From Meyerozyma guilliermondii (taxonomy: Eukaryota): 64,000 bases of DNA. How positions within the stretch are numbered: position 1 is the first letter of the stretch; each line of letters begins with the position of its first letter. Positions 19,415 to 28,984 of the stretch are shown here, in pieces. The translations under genes were made by a program, and so were the position numbers. The stretch is taken from the NCBI GenBank assembly GCA_051546255.1, contig CP128816.1, positions 620,001 to 684,000 on the forward strand, written 5' to 3'. The notes under the pieces are model-generated. The model worked only from the letters and a program-made list of their open reading frames with translations. It was not told the DNA's origin and did no database searches.

Positions 19415-20653
19415 CTACTCGTAATCGTCGCTAAATCGTTGCCTCATAGCCAGGACTGCATCCACAAGCGAGTGTTCTGGACAGGACAAACGAAGAACGA
19501 TTTCGTCTGGTTCCCAATCTTTTGCTTCGTACTCTTGTATGCTGGTACTGATTTGTTCGAATTCTTGGTAGAGTGTCTTGTGACCCTCGATAAGCTGGGG
19601 TGTAAGCGTGGGAATCTTACTATTTTGTAATAAGTATTCTCCACCAGTGTCTTCGAATGTATTAATGACAAGCGAAACAAATTCCAAAAGTGCCTTGACG
19701 TTGTGGGTGTATTTACTGGCAATTGCGTTCAACAGAACGGGCTCTTCACACAAACTTTTTGAGGCGGAACGAAGATGGTACCTGATAGGGTCCAGCTCGA
19801 TATCATGGCATAGCTGGTAAAGCCATTGCAAATCGAATTGCGGTTCCTGAGGATAAGGAATTAAACTCGAATACTGATAATCTGCAATGGTATCAATGGC
19901 TTTTCTAATAAGCGAGTATTTGGACGTACCAGAAGGATACCGGTCATGAACGCTTTCTTTGAGTTCTGGCACCGGATCGGGAAGGGTGTCAAACAGGGTC
20001 TTTAACTGTGGCAGTAACAGAATATTTGGAACTTCGAGCCGATACAAAAAGCCACCAATGTGTCCCCAATGGACAAAACTCTTCAAAGCAACGAGTATAT
20101 CGGGTGACGTCAATGCTTCCTCACCAAAGTATTCCACGAGGAAATATTTCATGTAGTAACTTTCCACTTTGACTCCAATATGATGGTCAGTATGAAGAAA
20201 GTTGAGTTTGGCACAAAGCATAAGATTAAGGCCCATGGTACGATGCTCATCCAGCACCAGCTCCAAGAGTTCAAAAGCTCCTTGTTTATATTCCTCAACA
20301 TCAAATTGAGAATTACGATAATGAATCACTGAAGAATCGCCAACTTCACACGAACCTTTTGTTTCGAGCAAATCTGCCGTGCCAACGATAGCACGACAAA
20401 AGTCCGGGTACAGCTCGAGAATGGTACCGTCATTGATTGTAGATAATATAGAATACGCCGAAACCGCTCCTAAATGCAATTCGGGCTGTTCTGGAAAAAT
20501 AATAAGATGTTTATCTTCCTCCCTAACCCGCTGAAAAGTTTTGTTCACAAACTTGTATTTACGTCCCTTGCGGTTATATTCAACTTTGTTAAGCTTGTCA
20601 ATGGAATTTAGCACGGAATCAGCCACTGCAACCAAGCAGTCACCAGAGGACAT
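19415..20653 (-). CDS. Uncharacterised 412-aa soluble protein; candidate (-)ssRNA-virus nucleoprotein-derived gene
   Basis: Intact, globular-looking ORF with no yeast family I recognise. Motifs KLNFLHTDHHIG, FVHWG, RYPSGT, DPIRYH. Confidence refers to it being a CDS; the viral origin is a hypothesis. Confidence 0.85.
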   Translation of the reverse strand: MSSGDCLVAVADSVLNSIDKLNKVEYNRKGRKYKFVNKTFQRVREEDKHLIIFPEQPELHLGAVSAYSILSTINDGTILELYPDFCRAIVGTADLLETKGSCEVGDSSVIHYRNSQFDVEEYKQGAFELLELVLDEHRTMGLNLMLCAKLNFLHTDHHIGVKVESYYMKYFLVEYFGEEALTSPDILVALKSFVHWGHIGGFLYRLEVPNILLLPQLKTLFDTLPDPVPELKESVHDRYPSGTSKYSLIRKAIDTIADYQYSSLIPYPQEPQFDLQWLYQLCHDIELDPIRYHLRSASKSLCEEPVLLNAIASKYTHNVKALLEFVSLVINTFEDTGGEYLLQNSKIPTLTPQLIEGHKTLYQEFEQISTSIQEYEAKDWEPDEIVLRLSCPEHSLVDAVLAMRQRFSDDYE

Positions 20654-21319
20654 GGTGAAGAAAACAAATACGCGAGAATGTAGCGCTTAGGTAAGCGAAA
20701 CCAAATAGTTAAAAATGAGCAATATAAACAAAGGGGAAAGTATGAGAAAAATGAGAGAAAAATAAAAGAAAATGAAGTGAAGGAAGGCATGCAAAAGAAG
20801 ATCATTTGCGAACGTGAATGTTTGCGATCACAAACGCATTGCATTGGATCATATCTCTTTGTTATCTCGCATCTGCATGGCGCAGATCTACGATAACGGT
20901 TCGCACCCTGCTGCCCGCGCACGACCGTGACACCACCGCCTGCATGCATTGTGCGTTTGCGAAAGGCGCAACGAATGATTTTTGTGTGGGGGACAGCAAA
21001 GTCTTCGGTTGCGAACGCTGGGTGCCAAGGACCAAGGCCTACCAAGAAACGGCACCTGTCAGGTGACGTAATTAGTTCTTGGTAGTTAAAAATATTGGTA
21101 TAACAAAAATAATTTGGTACCACGTTTTCGTAAGTTTTTTTCCTGTCAGGTGCGCTGCATTACGAACTAAATGTCTCGATATATTTGCGGTAAAAAATAT
21201 GACATATACGTCGACCCCTCATTCGCCGATCTATGCGCGCACTAATATGACATCGCACATCAACAAGTGTGCAGGATGCCAGCATGCTACAAAAAAAAAA
21301 AAAAAGCGTGACATAATGA

Positions 21320-21964
21320 TTATGCTTCCTCTACGGGCCGTTGTTCTTTCAATAATTTAATTTTACGCCGGCGCGCATTAATGAACCAGTTTGACAATTG
21401 CTGCTGATTTAGCCCTGTAGCCGCCATGAGATGATTCTTTTCAAACGAGTTGTGATGCAAGTGCTCGTTAAGCCACTTGAGTAGAATGAATGTGGTTTCT
21501 TTGGGAAGGTTATTGCGAGTCTTACGCTTGGCTCCTGGGATCATGCTAAGGTGGTCGGCATTACTACCCCTACGTGGCGTACTTCCACCGATGCCTGCAG
21601 TGGATTTCAGCTCGTATGTGGGCAGTGGAAGCTTCCAGCACAGCAGCCGTGGAGATACCGAGGGTATAGATGATGGTGACGGTGGAAGATTGTTATTTTG
21701 TGTGGATGATGATGGAGTGGTTGGAATATGTGACAGCGAATTGGTTCGGTAAGGCATGTACCGTTGTGGCGTTTGCACAGAATAATGGTAAGCTGGGGCT
21801 TGGCGTTGGTATTGCATTTGATAGGGGCTCAAGGGATAAGCATGGGTGAACGAACGATGGGTGAGTGGCGGCCGTAAAATTGGTGGAGGAGGAGGAGGAT
21901 TAAGGCCTGCCAGAGGAGACCTCAAGATATCCGAGATGGGTGGTAATGATACTTTATGTTCCAT
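21320..21964 (-). CDS. CUP9: Cup9/Tos8-like TALE-class homeodomain transcription factor (PYP motif absent)
   Basis: KRKTRNNLPKET..ILLKWLNEHLHH-NSFEKNHLM..TGLNQQQLSNWFINARRRKIK; N-terminal LPPISDIL motif. Confidence 0.85.
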   Translation of the reverse strand: MEHKVSLPPISDILRSPLAGLNPPPPPPILRPPLTHRSFTHAYPLSPYQMQYQRQAPAYHYSVQTPQRYMPYRTNSLSHIPTTPSSSTQNNNLPPSPSSIPSVSPRLLCWKLPLPTYELKSTAGIGGSTPRRGSNADHLSMIPGAKRKTRNNLPKETTFILLKWLNEHLHHNSFEKNHLMAATGLNQQQLSNWFINARRRKIKLLKEQRPVEEA

Positions 21965-22939
21965 ATTGTAACTAGCAGACCAGCTGTAGTTTTAAATAAA
22001 TAATTCGTCGCGATATTTCACTGGTTTCGACAATAAATAAAGTAGGGGCGGAAAACCCTTAATATATAAGCCCGATCGCTGCAAGATCTCACCCACCCAA
22101 GAATAGGTTGTGAGCCCGCGGCTGAATATGCATGCATGCTTGGCACATTTTTGAAATGACTTAAGCAGGCCTGTGATAGACCTGATAAAGTTGCGAGGGG
22201 ACGCAACTTGACGCTTTACGAAGTAAACTCACAACCAGACAAACTATTCATTGCCAAGAAGTCTATGATATACACTCTCGTTTTATCACGCCATTTCTCT
22301 AGCCGGTATAGACTAAGTCCAAATCCGGGATGCCAAGATGTCAAATGCACGACCTTGCATATCGCTGCATTCATCTACACTGCTCTATTTACGAACAGGG
22401 CTTGTAAACAGGGCCCCCCTTAACTACTGGTGTGCGGGTGTACTCCTATTATTTTCGCCGAGCCCAGACCTGCGGGCAGCCCGCGAAGCGTAACAGTACT
22501 GCGCCTGTGCATGACGCCGTTGGCGTTTAAGCGGAATCACGTCAAGATTGTGAACGAGATTGTGAACAATTAGGGCACTATTGTCTGAAGAAGTATTGAA
22601 GGTGTACAGCTTTTTTTGTGGTCCCTTTTCAGTGGTGGTGATCGTCACCGATTGTCAGCTCATTTCATCGGCTTTAGCGAAGTTACACAAAAACCGTTTG
22701 CGGGCAGTGTCAATTTTTCACAGAACGTCCTCGATGCACGCCGAAACATGCATGCACCATAATTTTTCACGATAGTCTCTCCTGCAGATGGCTAATACCA
22801 CGCCGAGAAGAGCAAGGGTATTTTCAAGCCATGGCGCGAGTCATGCATGTGCGGTTGTTGGGGTAAATCTCTGACGCCAAGCAAGATGGGATGACGTGGT
22901 ACGTGTAAATAGGGATATACGAACTCTGTATGCAGGCCG

Positions 22940-24748
22940 TCAGAGTCTTTCATTCAATACCTGCTCGAATTGATGTTTATCCCATTTGATGTACTTGGAT
23001 CGATTTTTAGTGAAATCTGATGTACCGTATTTCTCGTAGAGTTTAAAGTAGGCATTGACAGTCAATTTCTTGATTTCATTTGAAAGGTAATTGCGAAGGT
23101 TTGGATCGGAAATATTGAATTTCTCGTAATTTTGAAGCGCTTCTTCAAATGATTCATTGAATTTACGAAACAATTCCTTGACTTGTTCTTTTTCTTTGCT
23201 TGAAAGTCCCAGGCTCGAGCTTCGAGGCAGCATTGCTCCGTGGGCTATGGCATTTGTGGTGGTTATGTTTGTCATGTCTCGAATAATAATGTACGAAGCG
23301 TAATTCCAATCGTCCAAAAAAAGTTTGAGAAATCGATTTTTCAAACGAGCAAGTCGATCCATTCCAATGGTTGAAAGAGTGTCAAATAGCTGGTGCGACC
23401 GGTTGATGATGGTTTCTATAAGAACCAAATTCTTTATGAGCAAATACCCTTGAGTGCTCTTCTTAGAATCGTCAGATCGCAAACCAATTTCAATGTTAAT
23501 CATCACACAGTCAATAATATCACTAAAGTATGATGATAACAAGGTTTCCGGACTATCATCGATTACCCCATTATTTGAAACCACAGAAGTGTATACCAGC
23601 ACGAATTTCAACCCGGTGAGCCATGAACCCAAATTAATACCTTGAATCAAATCAAGTAAAGACAGAGGATATTCCAGGACTCGGCGGACCCTCAGGATGA
23701 TTTCCACTGTGATTTCCGCTATGGTTTTGTCGTTATATTTTTCAACGCTGGTGACTCGAGCATCCACCCATTTCATCAACTCTCCAAAAATGTTACGACT
23801 GCTTTGAGTGAGTCTCCCATAAGCATCATTGAACCTATCCATGGTTGCAGGTGACAAGTTACTAGCCACCATGAATTTGGAAAAATGATCCAAGTTTTCA
23901 ATCACTTCAAGAAGCATTATATCATTGTCCAAAACGCCTTGAGAACTAACAAATTCATTGAGTGTATCCACCACCGAAGTGTAGCTATCATTCACCACTC
24001 TGGCAACTATACTGGACACAATCTTGTGGTGGTCGATGGCTATATTTTGGTTAATTTCAGCAGCAAGTGCAATTTCTAGTTTGATCAGTTCGATCAATTC
24101 GTTATTGTAGCGATTGATTCCATTTGTTCCCTTTTCATAAGGGATCCGCGAGTTTCTCTTGACTGGTTTCGTAGCCTGCTCCAACGGCTTGACGAGTTGG
24201 ACCAAGTTGGTGCTTCTACTGCGAATGTAAAGCTTGTTGATAGTGTCTTGTTCAAACGTAGATTGCAGGTAAAAGTAGGAAAATACCACACAAATATCCT
24301 CCACTTTAGGAGGATTTAGGATACGTTGAAAGTAGTTTTCGAGATTCAAGTCCAGCTTGTCGATAAGCGTCTCAAAATTCATCAAAATACCTCGAAATCT
24401 TTTAATTTTCAGCTTCATTTCTTTGAGAAGCAATTTGGATTGTGCAAGTGTATCGATATAACGCTTGACTCCAATGACCTCAATGGAGTTGGAGAGCACC
24501 CCCTCGAGCTTTGCCGTCTGGGCAGCGTAGTTCAGCACGTCTGAAAGAATAGAAAGGTCATTATCGATTTGATCTCGACTGCGAGTGAGTTGATTGACAT
24601 CTTTCAAAATCGGTTTGATTTTTGTAGATGCTGTTGAAGACTTATCGGAGATTGTTCTAAGGGAGCGGGAGATGGACGCGAAGAGCTCCTTGGATTTAGT
24701 AAGGTTTTGGTTGAGCACGGCCACATCGGCCTCGTCTACGTCAACCAT
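22940..24748 (-). CDS. EXO70: Exocyst subunit Exo70
   Basis: VDVDEADVAVL.QNL.KS, PYEKGTNGI, KELFRKFNESFEE, FTKNRSKYIKW. Confidence 0.94.
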   Translation of the reverse strand: MVDVDEADVAVLNQNLTKSKELFASISRSLRTISDKSSTASTKIKPILKDVNQLTRSRDQIDNDLSILSDVLNYAAQTAKLEGVLSNSIEVIGVKRYIDTLAQSKLLLKEMKLKIKRFRGILMNFETLIDKLDLNLENYFQRILNPPKVEDICVVFSYFYLQSTFEQDTINKLYIRSRSTNLVQLVKPLEQATKPVKRNSRIPYEKGTNGINRYNNELIELIKLEIALAAEINQNIAIDHHKIVSSIVARVVNDSYTSVVDTLNEFVSSQGVLDNDIMLLEVIENLDHFSKFMVASNLSPATMDRFNDAYGRLTQSSRNIFGELMKWVDARVTSVEKYNDKTIAEITVEIILRVRRVLEYPLSLLDLIQGINLGSWLTGLKFVLVYTSVVSNNGVIDDSPETLLSSYFSDIIDCVMINIEIGLRSDDSKKSTQGYLLIKNLVLIETIINRSHQLFDTLSTIGMDRLARLKNRFLKLFLDDWNYASYIIIRDMTNITTTNAIAHGAMLPRSSSLGLSSKEKEQVKELFRKFNESFEEALQNYEKFNISDPNLRNYLSNEIKKLTVNAYFKLYEKYGTSDFTKNRSKYIKWDKHQFEQVLNERL

Positions 24749-24927
24749 AAGAAAACAGATGAAAACGAAAATGCGAAATGAGAAAATCAGTGAGAAAGGT
24801 GAGAAGAATTGTAGACTTAAAAAAAATAAGGAAGTGGGGAGTGTAGTAGCGTAGGAGTGAATTAGTGTATAGAGAGTGAGGAGCGTAGAAGAGGGTAGTG
24901 TAAATCAATTGACTTAATTTTCGTAAT

Positions 24928-25113
24928 TGACTCACTGGTCGTACTTCTCTATTGCAGCAACGACCCGTCATTATAGATTCGACTAGTGTTCAGATTCGTG
25001 TTTAAATTGGTGTTCAGATTCGTTTTTGTGAACTGAATTTCGTATTTTTCAATTGACCAAAATGACTCATAAACCAACTCTTTTAGGCTTTGATCTTTGA
25101 CTCACCTCATCTC
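24928..25113. promoter_or_regulatory. Three TGACTCA (Gcn4/AP-1-type) sites plus a PAC-like site in the EXO70-TRL1 divergent promoter
   Basis: TGACTCA at 24928, ATGACTCAT at 25062, TGACTCA at 25098, CTCATCTC at 25106. Confidence 0.5.
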
Positions 25114-25143
25114 ATATTTCAGTGCGAATAATCTCAACTCATC

Positions 25144-27540
25144 ATGTTTGATCCCATGGAAACTACAACTAATACTCCCGAGGAGCTTTCCTCCTTTGTA
25201 GAGAACATGAGACAACTTACAGAGTCCAAGAAGACAGGAAGGAAAGTTGAAATCAATCATAGCGCTGGTTTGATCACCAGTTGGATCATTAACGAATGGG
25301 TCTATAAATCACGAAAACTTCCCTGTCATGCCCGAGGGCTTTTTACGTTAAACGAGAAGATCATAGTTCGTGGTTACGACAAATTCTTCAATGTGGATGA
25401 AGTTCCAGCTACAAAATATGAAAGTTTAAAGAAAACTTCAGGACCGTACGAAGTGACATTGAAGGAAAATGGATGTATTATTCTTATTTCTGGCCTCGAA
25501 GACGGTACTTTGGTGGTATGTTCAAAACACTCGACTGGAGTAAGGCCCAAAGATGTGTCGAAAAACCATGCTGTGGAGGGAGAAAGACAATTGAAACTTC
25601 AATTGGAGAAAATCGGAAAGAGTATGAAAGATTTAGGGTCGCTTTTATACAAGCTCAATGTGACCGCTGTGGCCGAGTTGTGTGACGATGACTTTGAAGA
25701 GCACGTTCTTGAGTATACCAAGGACAAATCAGGGCTTTATTTGCATGGACTCAATTTTAACACTATCCAATTCAAGTCGTACCCAATGGATAAAGTGGAT
25801 GCATTTGCACGGGAATGGGGGTTTATTCCAACAGCATACTTTATAAAGAACGACTTTGACTCGTTGTGGGACTTTCTCAACAAAGCAGCGGAAACAGGGA
25901 CTTATGAAGGACAAGAAGTGGAAGGATTTGTGATTCGATGTCGAGAAAACGGCAATGACTTCTTCTTCAAGTACAAATTTGAAGAACCCTATCTTCTCTA
26001 CCGTCAGTTCCGTGAGACTACCAGAGCCCTCATGCGTGGAGAACCCATACCTGAGATTGTTGCAAAGCAAAAAAAACACAACTACATCATTGGCAAGTAC
26101 CTTGATTTTACCGAGGCTCTTTTTGAGAAAGAACCGGTTTTGATGGATCAGTTTAATGATAACCACAGTATCATCAAGGTCAGAAAGTTGTTCATGGAAA
26201 AGTTTGGTTTGAGTACCAACAACGGGATGGAGTTGTTGAGCTACGATAAACTTGATGAACAAATGAAAACCTTATCTGTTGGAGAGGTGGTGTACAAGTA
26301 TGTCATAGTCCCAATATCGACTATTGGATGTGGTAAAACCACTACGTTTTCCACTTTAACAGGCATTTTCCCCGAATGGGGCCATGTTCAGAACGACGAT
26401 ATTAGCAAGTCGAGCAAGCAAAAACTCGTGGATAGAACCTTGGCGATGCTCAGACACCGTGACGTTGTTTTCAGCGACAGAAACAATCACCAATTTAGAG
26501 AAAGAGCCCAGCTTTTCAAACAGACGAATCAAGTTCGATCCAAGTATTTGCCGGCAAATGTTGTGATAAAGTTTGTGGCTGCAAATTTTGTGCCGAACGA
26601 TCTCAGTGAGGAAGAATTGTGGAATGTCACCTACAAAAGAGTGGCATTACGGGGCGATAACCACCAGTCCATAAAGTTTAGTGAAGATAGAAAACTTGCA
26701 GAGAGTGTCATGGAGGGGTTTGTTCGTCGGTTTCAGCCATTGAATGTTGAAAGAGAGCCAGATTCGAATTTTGACCATGTTATCAATTTGAGTCTTGGGA
26801 AAGATTCATCGTTGCAAAATGCGAAAAAGATATTGAGTGAATTAAGAATAATCACTGGTATGGAAATTAAACTGGTAGCAGACACCGAGTTCCAAGAGTC
26901 ATTCGAAAAAGCATTGGGGTACACACCATCGTTTACCAAGACATTTAGTAAACCGAAACCGGAGGCTGAGGCACCCAAAAAAAAAGAAAAAAAAGTCACC
27001 TACTACGGCATTAAAGTATCCCATCCCAAAGACTTGGTAAACACTGTGAATGGTTCACTGACGTCTGAGCTATGGGAGCTGTTGAAAACAGAAAATCTCG
27101 TCCAAAAAGAGTTTCATGTCACTCTTGCGCATACTGCTTCGGCGTCCACCGAGGAAGGTCAAAAGGTATGGAATGGCATTGCGGGGCTTTTCGGCTCTCC
27201 ACAGCCTAAAAACAAGAAGCAGAAGCAAGTTTTGGTCGATTTTTACTGCGATATCCAGCTTCAAAAACTCATCTTTTGGAACAAACATCTTGTATGTATC
27301 GAAGTGGGAGTCCCCAAATTTTACGATTCCGAGTTCAACTCAATTGACCACCCACCGCTCAAGCAGACCCTCCACATAACATTGGGAACCGCTGGGCCCG
27401 AAATCAAGCCGGTTTTGTCAAACAAGGTACTTGAAGAATTAGCAGCCAATCCAGCATTAACAGAACTAGATGGTGAAGAGGTTAGCACCCAACCCATCGA
27501 GGGACTGCTCGAGAAACAGAGGTGTTTTTGTTTCTACTAG
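25144..27540 (+). CDS. TRL1: Fungal tRNA ligase (ligase-kinase-CPD domains)
   Basis: ARGLF, RGYDKFFN, KENG adenylation motif, EGFVIR, FFFKYKFEEPYL, GCGKTT, DRNNH, two HxT motifs (FHVTL, LHITL). Confidence 0.96.
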   Translation: MFDPMETTTNTPEELSSFVENMRQLTESKKTGRKVEINHSAGLITSWIINEWVYKSRKLPCHARGLFTLNEKIIVRGYDKFFNVDEVPATKYESLKKTSGPYEVTLKENGCIILISGLEDGTLVVCSKHSTGVRPKDVSKNHAVEGERQLKLQLEKIGKSMKDLGSLLYKLNVTAVAELCDDDFEEHVLEYTKDKSGLYLHGLNFNTIQFKSYPMDKVDAFAREWGFIPTAYFIKNDFDSLWDFLNKAAETGTYEGQEVEGFVIRCRENGNDFFFKYKFEEPYLLYRQFRETTRALMRGEPIPEIVAKQKKHNYIIGKYLDFTEALFEKEPVLMDQFNDNHSIIKVRKLFMEKFGLSTNNGMELLSYDKLDEQMKTLSVGEVVYKYVIVPISTIGCGKTTTFSTLTGIFPEWGHVQNDDISKSSKQKLVDRTLAMLRHRDVVFSDRNNHQFRERAQLFKQTNQVRSKYLPANVVIKFVAANFVPNDLSEEELWNVTYKRVALRGDNHQSIKFSEDRKLAESVMEGFVRRFQPLNVEREPDSNFDHVINLSLGKDSSLQNAKKILSELRIITGMEIKLVADTEFQESFEKALGYTPSFTKTFSKPKPEAEAPKKKEKKVTYYGIKVSHPKDLVNTVNGSLTSELWELLKTENLVQKEFHVTLAHTASASTEEGQKVWNGIAGLFGSPQPKNKKQKQVLVDFYCDIQLQKLIFWNKHLVCIEVGVPKFYDSEFNSIDHPPLKQTLHITLGTAGPEIKPVLSNKVLEELAANPALTELDGEEVSTQPIEGLLEKQRCFCFY

Positions 27541-27671
27541 CAAATATCTAATTGCATCTCATTATAACTCAGTGATCTCATCTTAATATAATTTGCAACC
27601 TTGAATCTTTTCGCAACCATTTCAACTCTGATTTCGCATTTTCAACTTTGGCCGCAAAATATCGCTGACAA

Positions 27672-28673
27672 ATGTTGAGAAAGTTAATACTTCCCAGAAC
27701 CATGGTAGTCACTAGGAAGCAAACATTAACCACCGTCACAGTAAAGGAGGATCCTACCTCGCCGGTGAAGGTCAAAAAGACAAAAAAAACCACCGTTACC
27801 GTCAAAAAACCGTATCTTGAAGATGCAATTCTGTTCATCAAAGTTCCCGAAAATTTGGAATTGCCCAAAGATTTCGTCGAATACCATACGAAAGACTTCA
27901 TTGAGGCAGCTAGACATATAATCAAAAAGGATCCTTCTTTATATCGTTCGATAGTATACAAAACGTTTCCTCACTACAAAAAGGAAGGCAGTGAAATTGT
28001 CAAGAGTGATCAAGAACTAATACTCAGCTACTGGCACTCGCTTATATCGAGCGTGGTGAGTCAGCAGATATCGGGCCTGGCAGCAAGGTCCATCATGAAC
28101 AAGTTTGAAGCTCTTTTTGATGGAGAACCAACCCCGCTGAAAACGCTCACTTTTACCTTTGATGAGCTAAGAGAAGTGGGACTTTCCAGGATGAAAATAT
28201 CCTATGTTCAAAGCATCAGCGAGGCATTTTCGGATCCCAATTCAAACCTTTGTAAGGTGCTGTTTTACAGGGACGCACCATTGGAAGAAGTTGTGAAGGA
28301 ATTAGTTTCGTTGAAAGGAATAGGAGAATGGTCAGCTAAAATGTTTGCACTTTTCACCTTGAATGAGTGGGATGTGTTTGCTCACGATGACTTGGGAGTA
28401 GCAAGGGGCATGGCTCGTTATCTTACTAAAAGACCAGAGCTTTTGAAACAAATTAAAGAAGAGGTTCAACAGAACGAAGAAATGAAGGCACTTTTAAAGA
28501 AAAAACCAAAGTTCGCTACTACAAAACAGAGAGATTGGGTACCACTCCACGACCAGTACTTGATACAAGGAGCAAGAAAATTCAGCCCGTACATGCTGGT
28601 GTTCATGTTGTTAATGTGGAGATTATCTGCTACCAATATCGATGTTCTCGAAGCAGCTAAGTCTGAACAGTGA
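27672..28673 (+). CDS. MAG1: DNA-3-methyladenine glycosylase
   Basis: SSVVSQQISG.AA, GLSRMK, HhH-GPD LKGIGEWSAKMF ... DDLGV. Confidence 0.92.
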   Translation: MLRKLILPRTMVVTRKQTLTTVTVKEDPTSPVKVKKTKKTTVTVKKPYLEDAILFIKVPENLELPKDFVEYHTKDFIEAARHIIKKDPSLYRSIVYKTFPHYKKEGSEIVKSDQELILSYWHSLISSVVSQQISGLAARSIMNKFEALFDGEPTPLKTLTFTFDELREVGLSRMKISYVQSISEAFSDPNSNLCKVLFYRDAPLEEVVKELVSLKGIGEWSAKMFALFTLNEWDVFAHDDLGVARGMARYLTKRPELLKQIKEEVQQNEEMKALLKKKPKFATTKQRDWVPLHDQYLIQGARKFSPYMLVFMLLMWRLSATNIDVLEAAKSEQ

Positions 28674-28984
28674 AAGAAAATTACAATCACAAATTTTAAG
28701 AGCTGTGTGACTTTCAAGGATACGTTAATGAATCAAGGCAATGAAAAGTTATGACAAAATGCGAAAGACTAATTCACACTATGACCAAAACAAAAGCCTG
28801 GTGATGTGTCTATAATATTTCAAAACAATGACTACAGGCCAAATGATGCCTGCCACGAGCCTGCAAAAACATGAAAATGAAACCGTAACGACCTATCATT
28901 CCATGCTAATATTCGGAAAACCCTGCCAAAGAAGTATAATCTACCAACATTACCAATTGTACATCAGAAAAAGTTGTCATATTT

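Noticed and set aside
20608..21360. 171-aa, 82-aa and 93-aa ORFs in the intergenic
   Set aside because: Non-coding-like composition (poly-purine and poly-A tracts); more consistent with promoter/terminator DNA.
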